Shown here: in pieces, positions 40,085 to 46,357 of the stretch | Position numbering within the stretch: the first letter of the stretch is position 1 | Layout: each line of letters opens with the position of its first letter | DNA from: Gemmatimonadaceae bacterium | Lineage (GTDB): Bacteria; Gemmatimonadota; Gemmatimonadetes; Gemmatimonadales; Gemmatimonadaceae | Assembly (NCBI GenBank): GCA_040901985.1 | Contig: JBBDYC010000001.1 | Coordinates: 60,486-106,842, forward strand | Direction: 5' to 3' | DNA: 46,357 bases | Made by a program: the position numbers and the translations under genes | The notes under the pieces: model-generated | Databases searched by the model: none | The model's input: only the letters and a program-made list of their open reading frames with translations | What the model was told of the DNA's origin: nothing

Positions 40085-41004
40085 CGCTCGCGTTCATTTC
40101 CCATTCGGACATCGGGCGTCACGACAACGGCTGGAATCATCCCGAGCACGTCGGCCGCGTCCGGGCAATCACCCGGGCGCTCCGCGACCACCCCGACCTC
40201 TTCACGGCCCTGGACCATCTCGAGGGGCGTCACGCCACCGTGGACGAGCTCCTGATGGTCCACGACACCGACTACGTCAGCTCGGTGCGCGCGCTCGCCG
40301 GGTCCGGCGGCGGGCAACTCGACGCCGATACGAAGGTGAGCGAGGGGTCGTGGGACGCCGCCACCGCCGGCGCGGGGTGCGTGCTCGCGGCCACCGAGCG
40401 CGCGCTCGACGGCCGGAATGTCCGGTCGTTCTGCGCGGTGCGGCCACCCGGCCACCACGCGCTCCGTGCCCAGGGGATGGGGTTCTGCCTCTTCGGCAAC
40501 GTGGCGATTGCGGCGCACCACGCGCGCGCACGCGGCGCCGGGCGCGTGCTGATCGTGGACTGGGACGTCCATCACGGCAACGGGACGCAGGCGCTGGTCG
40601 AGGCCGTGCCGGACATCCACTTCGTCTCGATGCATCAGTGGCCTTGGTATCCCGGCTCCGGTGCGGCCGACGATCGTGGACCGCACGCGAACGTCTGGAA
40701 CGTGCCGATGGCGGCGGGCCTCCCGGCCGACCGCTACGTGGCGGCGCTCCTCGACGCGGTGGATGCCGCGACCGGCGCGTGGGTGCCCGACCTGGTGCTC
40801 GTCTCGTCCGGATTCGACTCGATGGCGGGCGATCCGCTCGGCGGGTTCACGCTCGAGCCCGCCGATATCGAGCGGCTGACGAGTTCCCTCGTGGAGCGCG
40901 CGGAGCGCTGGTGCGGCGGACGCCTGGTGAGCGCGCTGGAGGGCGGGTACGCGCCGGAGCGCCTCGGCGCCGGGGTGATCGCCCACCTTGGCGCCCTTGG
41001 CTGA
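40081..41004 (+). CDS. Histone deacetylase family (Zn-dependent) deacetylase
   Basis: ATGA overlap. HPE, RPPGHHA, GFC, DWDVHHGNGTQ, GFD..GDPLG, LEGGY. Confidence 0.94.
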   Translation: MTLAFISHSDIGRHDNGWNHPEHVGRVRAITRALRDHPDLFTALDHLEGRHATVDELLMVHDTDYVSSVRALAGSGGGQLDADTKVSEGSWDAATAGAGCVLAATERALDGRNVRSFCAVRPPGHHALRAQGMGFCLFGNVAIAAHHARARGAGRVLIVDWDVHHGNGTQALVEAVPDIHFVSMHQWPWYPGSGAADDRGPHANVWNVPMAAGLPADRYVAALLDAVDAATGAWVPDLVLVSSGFDSMAGDPLGGFTLEPADIERLTSSLVERAERWCGGRLVSALEGGYAPERLGAGVIAHLGALG

Positions 41005-41054
41005 GACGCCGCCGCGGTTGGCTGTCGGCCCGCGCACCCCCCAGATTCCCTCCT

Positions 41055-42038
41055 GTGTTCTGCCCCGCCTGCGGTACCTGGAACCGGAGCGCGCTGCGCG
41101 CGTGCGCGCAGTGTGCGAGTCAGCTGCCCGACCTGCCGTCGGCCACCGACGCGCCGGATCACCTGATCACGTCCCTCCGCCAAGCGACCGGGAACCGGTA
41201 TCGGATCGTCCGGCGGATCGGCAGCGGCGGGATGGCCGACGTCTACGAGGCCCGCCACCTCCAGTTGAATCGCCCGTTGGCGGTGAAGGTGATGCACGCG
41301 CACCTCGCGCGGGACACCGAGATGCGCGAGCGGTTCCGCCGCGAGGCGGAGGCCGCCAGTCGGCTGCTCCACCCGTTCATCTGTGCCCCGCTCGACTACG
41401 GCGAGACGGAGGAGGCGGTCTATCTGATCCTCCCCTACCTCGGTGGCGGGTGCCTCGCCGATGAGCTCTCGGCGACGCGTACGATCCCGTTCGCCCGGGC
41501 GGCGCGGATCACCGCCCAGGTCGCGACGGCGCTTGACTACGCGGCGCGCCAGGGCGTGATCCACCGCGACGTGAAGCCCGACAACGTGCTCTTCGATGCC
41601 GACGGCAACGCCTGCATCACCGACTTCGGGATTGCCACCGCGTATTTTCACGGCCGCCTGACGGCCGGCGGCCGGGCGATGGGGACGCCGCACTATATGG
41701 CGCCCGAGCAGGCGATGGGACGCTTTGTGGATGGGCGGGCCGACCTCTACGCGCTCGGCGTGATGCTCTACGAATGCCTCGTCGGGACCACGCCGTTCGA
41801 CGGTCCCGACGGCTATGCAATCGGCTACAAGCACGTGAACGAAATGCCGCGCCCGGTGGGCGAGGCCGCGCCGGGAACGCCGGAAGGGCTCGCGACGATC
41901 ACGATGACCTGCCTCGAGAAGGAGCCGGAGGCGCGCTACCAGCGCGGCCACGACGTGGCCGACGCGATTTACAGCTGGATGAACCTCGAGGGGATCCGCG
42001 ACGACTCCCCGGCGCGGGCGTCGCGCCCCGTGGGGTGA
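41055..42038 (+). CDS. Hanks-type Ser/Thr protein kinase with N-terminal zinc ribbon
   Basis: GTG at 41055. CPAC-x10-CAQC, IGSGGMADVY, AVK, HRDVKPDN, DFG, GTPHYMAPE. Confidence 0.92.
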   Translation: MFCPACGTWNRSALRACAQCASQLPDLPSATDAPDHLITSLRQATGNRYRIVRRIGSGGMADVYEARHLQLNRPLAVKVMHAHLARDTEMRERFRREAEAASRLLHPFICAPLDYGETEEAVYLILPYLGGGCLADELSATRTIPFARAARITAQVATALDYAARQGVIHRDVKPDNVLFDADGNACITDFGIATAYFHGRLTAGGRAMGTPHYMAPEQAMGRFVDGRADLYALGVMLYECLVGTTPFDGPDGYAIGYKHVNEMPRPVGEAAPGTPEGLATITMTCLEKEPEARYQRGHDVADAIYSWMNLEGIRDDSPARASRPVG

Positions 42039-44290
42039 CGGCGAGACTCGTCGAGGTCGCGCTCCCGCTCCCGCTGTTGCGCACCTTCACCTACGCGGTC
42101 CCGGCCGAGACCCGGCATCCCCTCGTCGCCGGGAGCCGGGTGGTGGTCCCGGTGCGCGGCCGACGCGTCATCGGCTACTGCGTGGGCGAGAGCGACGGCC
42201 GTGCGCTCGGCGCCAAGGCGCCCCGGGAGATCCTCGCGGTACCCGACCCAGCGCCGGCGCTCGGCGCCGAGCTCCTCGCGGTCTGCCGGTGGATGTCGGA
42301 GTACTACGTGGCACCGCTCGGCCTCGTCTGCCGCGCGGTCCTTCCGGCCGCGCTCGGCGTGGCGTCGCGCCCCGAGGCGCCCGGCCGCTCGGAACGGATC
42401 CTCGCCGTGGCGGCTGACCTTCCCACGCTCACCGCCCGCGACGAGGTGTTTCGGCGCACGCCACAGCAGCGCCAGCTCTTCGAACTGCTGGAACAGCTCG
42501 GGGGCCGGGCGCCGGTCGCCCACCTCGTCGAACGGCTCGGCTGTTCCCCATCGGTCGTCCAAGGGCTGGTGAAGCGTGGCCTGGCGACGCTCGCTTCGTC
42601 GGCGCAGCCCCGCGACCCCTTCGCCGCGCGGGTGGCGCCGGCGCCACAGTCCTTCACGCCGACGCCGGCCCAACAGGTCGCGATTGACGCGATTGCCCTC
42701 GGCGCGCCCGGCGCGACCTTCCTCCTCCACGGCATCACCGGGAGCGGAAAGACGCTCGTCTACCTCCAGGTCCTCGAGCGCGTCGTTCGCCAGCAGGGGC
42801 GCTCGGCAATCGTCCTCGTCCCGGAGATTGCGCTGACGCCGCAGGCGGTGGACCGCTTTCGTGCGGTCTTCGGCGACCAGGTGGCGGTCCTCCACTCAGG
42901 CCTGTCCGATGGCGAGCGGCTGGACGCCTGGCGCGCGCTCCAGCGCGGCGAGCGGCGGATTGCCGTCGGCGCTCGCTCGGCCGTCTTCGCGCCGCTCGCC
43001 GACCTCGGCGCGATCATCGTGGACGAGGAGCACGAGGCGAGCTACAAGCAGGGGGAGACGCCGCGTTACCACGCCCGCGAGGTGGCGATAATGCGGGCGC
43101 GCGCGGCCGGCGCGGTCTGCGTCCTCGGCAGCGCCACCCCGAGCCTCGAAAGCTGGGTGAATGCACGCGACGGGCGGTTCACCCGCCTCGAACTGCCGGA
43201 ACGTGTCGGCGGCGGCGCGCTGCCCCACGTGTCCGTGGTGGACCTCCGGCAGGAGGCGAAGGCGGCGCTCCCCGACGAGCGCGCCCGGCGGCAGGTGCTG
43301 AGCGCGCCCCTCGAGGCGGCACTCCGGGGGCGGCTCGAGCGCGCCGAGCAGAGCATCCTCCTGCTCAATCGCCGCGGCTACGCCTCCTTCGTGCAATGCG
43401 AGGAGGGACACGTCGCCGTCTGCCCCAACTGTTCGATCTCCCTGACCTACCATCGGACGCCCGAGCGGCTCGTCTGCCACTACTGCCGACACCAGGAGGA
43501 TGCCTCGCGGGCCTGTACCGACTGCGGACTTGCGATGCGCCGCCAGCGCGGGCTCGGCACCCAGCAGGTCGAGCGCGTCCTCCAGGAACGCCTCCCGGGC
43601 GCACGGATTGCCCGGATGGATGTGGACACCACGAGCGGAAAGTGGGCGCACACGGCGATCCTCGACCGCGTCGGGCGCGGGGAGGTGGACATCCTCCTCG
43701 GCACCCAGATGATCGCCAAGGGCCTCGACTTCGCGAACGTCACGTTGGTGGGCGTGATTGACGCCGATATCGGGATCAATCTGCCGGACTTTCGGGCGTC
43801 GGAGCGGAGCTTTCAGCTGTTGAGCCAGGTCGCAGGCCGCGCCGGCCGGGGTCCCAAGGGGGGCGAGGTCATCATCCAGACGCGCGTTCCGTCCCACCAC
43901 GCGGTGCGCTGCGCGGTCAGGCACGACTACGACGCCTTTGTCGCCGAGGAGTTGGCGGGGCGCGAGCAACCCGCCTACCCGCCGACCGTGCGGCTCGCCA
44001 ACGTCGTCGTCAGCGGGACCGACGAGGGCGCGGTGGCGCGGTTCGCGGCCGACGTGACCGACTGGCTCGCCGCCGCCGACGCGAAGTTCGCCCTCGGCGT
44101 GACCGTGCTTGGTCCGGCGCCGTGCCCAGTGGAACGGATCAAGACGCGGTGGCGCTGGCACACGGTGCTCAAGAGCGCCGTACCTTCGCCGTTGACGCGG
44201 ATCCTGACGGGCCTCCTGACGGGACTTGACGTGCCGGCCGCCCACGAGCTGCGGCTCGTGGCGGACCGCGACCCCGTTGCGTTGCTCTGA
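42035..44290 (+). CDS. priA: Primosomal protein N'
   Basis: GTGA overlap. GITGSGKT, LVPEIALT, DEEHE, LNRRGY, Cys clusters, GTQMIAKGLDF, QVAGRAGR. Confidence 0.97.
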   Translation: MTARLVEVALPLPLLRTFTYAVPAETRHPLVAGSRVVVPVRGRRVIGYCVGESDGRALGAKAPREILAVPDPAPALGAELLAVCRWMSEYYVAPLGLVCRAVLPAALGVASRPEAPGRSERILAVAADLPTLTARDEVFRRTPQQRQLFELLEQLGGRAPVAHLVERLGCSPSVVQGLVKRGLATLASSAQPRDPFAARVAPAPQSFTPTPAQQVAIDAIALGAPGATFLLHGITGSGKTLVYLQVLERVVRQQGRSAIVLVPEIALTPQAVDRFRAVFGDQVAVLHSGLSDGERLDAWRALQRGERRIAVGARSAVFAPLADLGAIIVDEEHEASYKQGETPRYHAREVAIMRARAAGAVCVLGSATPSLESWVNARDGRFTRLELPERVGGGALPHVSVVDLRQEAKAALPDERARRQVLSAPLEAALRGRLERAEQSILLLNRRGYASFVQCEEGHVAVCPNCSISLTYHRTPERLVCHYCRHQEDASRACTDCGLAMRRQRGLGTQQVERVLQERLPGARIARMDVDTTSGKWAHTAILDRVGRGEVDILLGTQMIAKGLDFANVTLVGVIDADIGINLPDFRASERSFQLLSQVAGRAGRGPKGGEVIIQTRVPSHHAVRCAVRHDYDAFVAEELAGREQPAYPPTVRLANVVVSGTDEGAVARFAADVTDWLAAADAKFALGVTVLGPAPCPVERIKTRWRWHTVLKSAVPSPLTRILTGLLTGLDVPAAHELRLVADRDPVALL

Positions 44291-44316
44291 GCCGTGCGCC
44301 GGACGATCTTTCCCCG

Positions 44317-44733
44317 ATGACCCAGAGCATTCCGCTGGCCTCTGACGCGCGCGAGCGATTCCTGCTCGAGATCGCCAAGGTCATTCCGGCGGAACGGATT
44401 GACGAGGTGCATTTTTTTCAGCCGCTCCGCCAAGGGCCGTTGGAGACGGGCGTGGCCGTCATCGCGGCGCTCCCCGATGCGCCGGACGCCGACGCCCCGC
44501 TCCGCCACGTCGTCTACTCGGCCCGCTACCGCTGGACGCGCAAGGGTCCCGATCGCGGCAAGTGGGAGAGCGAGATCCGGGCCGAGGCCGATGCGCCCCT
44601 GGTCACGGTGGACGCGGTGGTCGAGGGCGTGATGCGGCGCGTCGAGGAGGCCTTCGACCCGGAGAAGGTTGACGGCGACGCAGCACGGACGATGATCGCC
44701 GACGCGGAACGCCGGTGTCAGAGCACGCCGTAG
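44317..44733 (+). CDS. Hypothetical protein
   Basis: 138-aa ORF with host-like codon usage that fills the priA-fur gap and overlaps the fur start. Confidence 0.75.
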   Translation: MTQSIPLASDARERFLLEIAKVIPAERIDEVHFFQPLRQGPLETGVAVIAALPDAPDADAPLRHVVYSARYRWTRKGPDRGKWESEIRAEADAPLVTVDAVVEGVMRRVEEAFDPEKVDGDAARTMIADAERRCQSTP

Positions 44734-45158
44734 TCGAGCAGTTCGTCGCCTACCTGCGCGAGCACAACCTGCCCGTGACGGCGCAGCGCCTGGCGATCGC
44801 CGAGGTGCTCCTCACCTCGGACCGCCATCTCTCGGCCGAGGAGGTGGCGCAGGAGGTCGGCGCGCGCGGGCGCACGGTGGGCACCGCCACGGTGTATCGC
44901 ACGATTGACACGTTGCTCAAGACCGGGCTGCTCGTGGAGCGCGATTTTGGCGAGGGATTCCGCCGGTTCGAGCCGGCGCGTGACATCCCCAACCACGAGC
45001 ATCTGGTGTGCACCCAGTGCGGGAAGGTCGAGGAGTTCCGCGACGAGCGCCTTGAGCGGATGACGACCATCGTCGCCGAGTCGCGCGGCTTCGCCCGGCA
45101 GCGGCATCGGCTGGTGATCCACGGCATCTGCCGCGACTGCCAGCGCGGGGTGGCCTGA
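44715..45158 (+). CDS. Fur family transcriptional regulator
   Basis: TAQRLAI, HLSAEE, ATVYRT, HEHLVCTQCG, GICRDC. Confidence 0.93.
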   Translation: MSEHAVVEQFVAYLREHNLPVTAQRLAIAEVLLTSDRHLSAEEVAQEVGARGRTVGTATVYRTIDTLLKTGLLVERDFGEGFRRFEPARDIPNHEHLVCTQCGKVEEFRDERLERMTTIVAESRGFARQRHRLVIHGICRDCQRGVA

Positions 45159-45887
45159 GTGGAAGCCGCCGCCCCGCTCGGCCTCTTCATTGCCTTCACG
45201 GCCGGGATCCTCAGTTTCCTGAGCCCCTGCGTGCTCCCGCTGGTCCCCAGCTACGTCACCTTCATCACGGGGATGAATCTCGAGGACCTGCAGCGGTCGC
45301 GGCGGACGACGTTCATCCACGCCGCGCTCTTCGTGGCCGGCTTCACGCTGATCTTCCTCGCGCTCGGCGCCGGTGCCACGCTGTTCGGCCAGTTGATGCT
45401 CCGCTACCGCGACGTCATCAGCCGCGTGGGTGGCGTGCTGGTGATCGTGTTCGGCCTCTACCTGCTTGGCGCCTTCAACATCGGCCTGCTTGCCCGGGAC
45501 ACGCGGTTCCACCTCGCCCACAAGCCGCTGGGCTACGTGGGCACGCTGCTCGTCGGGATTGCGTTCGGCGCCGGGTGGTCACCCTGCATCGGCCCGATCC
45601 TCGGGGCCATCCTGACGATGGCGGCCAACGAGGCCAACCTCGGGCGCGGGATGACGCTGCTCTTCACCTATTCGATGGGGCTCGCGGTGCCGTTCATCGC
45701 CGCGGCGCTGATGGTGGAGCGCTTCCTCGCGGCCTTCGCCAAGGTGCGGCACCATATGGTATGGGTGAACCGGGCAGCCGGGGTGCTCCTGGTGCTGGTC
45801 GGGATCCTGATGGTGACCAACCGATTCACGATGCTGGCGACCTGGTTGCAGGCGTTCACCCCGGAGTTCATCCTGAGGCGGATCTGA
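45159..45887 (+). CDS. ccdA: Cytochrome c biogenesis protein CcdA
   Basis: AGILSFLSPCVLPLVPSY, GWSPCIGPILG, YSMGLAVPF. Confidence 0.93.
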   Translation: MEAAAPLGLFIAFTAGILSFLSPCVLPLVPSYVTFITGMNLEDLQRSRRTTFIHAALFVAGFTLIFLALGAGATLFGQLMLRYRDVISRVGGVLVIVFGLYLLGAFNIGLLARDTRFHLAHKPLGYVGTLLVGIAFGAGWSPCIGPILGAILTMAANEANLGRGMTLLFTYSMGLAVPFIAAALMVERFLAAFAKVRHHMVWVNRAAGVLLVLVGILMVTNRFTMLATWLQAFTPEFILRRI

Positions 45888-45895
45888 GCTCAACG

Positions 45896-45932
45896 CACGA
45901 GCGCCCACGCCGGCAGGGCGTGGGCGCTCGTG
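45896..45932. terminator. Perfect 16-bp hairpin between convergent genes
   Basis: cacgagcgcccacgcc-ggcag-ggcgtgggcgctcgtg; no U-tract on either side. Confidence 0.6.
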
Positions 45933-45950
45933 GTACCGGGCGACTTGCGA

Positions 45951-46232
45951 CTACTGCGCGCAGGTGACCTTGATGCTGATTGGGGTGTACAGGCCCCAGG
46001 TCAGGCCGGCGACCAAGCCGTTGAGGAACGAGTGCCGAGTCTCGACTTTCGCCACGCCGCGCGGGCACTGCGATGTGGTGTTGACCGTCGCAGGCGCCAC
46101 GAGCCCGTAGACGAAACTGTGCGCCCACGATTGCTCAATCACTTGCGCCGACGGTGTTACACCCGTCTCGATGGTTGCGTGGTAGCAACCGGTACTCAGG
46201 AGCACGGCAAGACCTAACGACAGACGACGCAT
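45951..46232 (-). CDS. Bor family lipoprotein
   Basis: SD GGAGGT, lipobox LSTGC, YHATI, SFLNGLV..LTWGLYTP...VTC. Confidence 0.85.
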   Translation of the reverse strand: MRRLSLGLAVLLSTGCYHATIETGVTPSAQVIEQSWAHSFVYGLVAPATVNTTSQCPRGVAKVETRHSFLNGLVAGLTWGLYTPISIKVTCAQ

Positions 46233-46357
46233 ACGACCTCCAGCAGGGGTGGGATTGCGCCCTAAGGCTCGCTCAATCGTAGGGTTCCCACGTGCTGGCT
46301 GCAAGTAGCCTAGGCTACCGTCGGCGGACGCACAACGCCCCGTCGAGCAGAGCTCGA

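Noticed and set aside
45951..46232. Bor lipoprotein as evidence of a prophage
   Set aside because: No integrase, att site or phage genes are visible before the window ends, and Bor-like genes also occur outside prophages.

Overview
High-GC bacterial core-genome window. The gene content and EF-Tu/ribosomal protein signatures suggest a Gemmatimonadota-like organism, but that is inference. 1-1151: tail of a probable Zn-metalloprotease gene and an EgtC-like Ntn amidohydrolase. 1152-17990: a long structured leader, then fusA-tuf and the S10-spc ribosomal protein cluster through secY-adk-map. rpsL/rpsG are not upstream and infA/alpha-operon genes are not downstream. 18008-21744 (minus strand): a frameshifted thermonuclease, ftcd, an inositol monophosphatase and a heptad-repeat coiled-coil protein. 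21920-32370: housekeeping run (trpS, MgtC, 2-hydroxyacid dehydrogenase, PilT-like, DapA-like, purA, glyQS, M3-like peptidase, D-amino acid aminotransferase, GAF protein). 32415-41004: a tightly coupled operon of a small unknown protein, a ubiquitin-fold-like protein, MoxR AAA+ (apparent CTG start), DUF58, BatA/vWA, a large membrane protein, DUF4159, a membrane protein and an HDAC-family deacetylase. It is followed by a Zn-ribbon Ser/Thr kinase, priA, Fur, ccdA and a Bor-like lipoprotein. The most notable items are the ubiquitin-like gene coupled to the MoxR operon, four heptamer-repeat elements (three palindromic) after stop codons, the fusA leader, and low-complexity extensions on six ribosomal proteins. 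No rRNA, tRNA, CRISPR or transposase was seen. All family calls come from motif recognition, not database searches.
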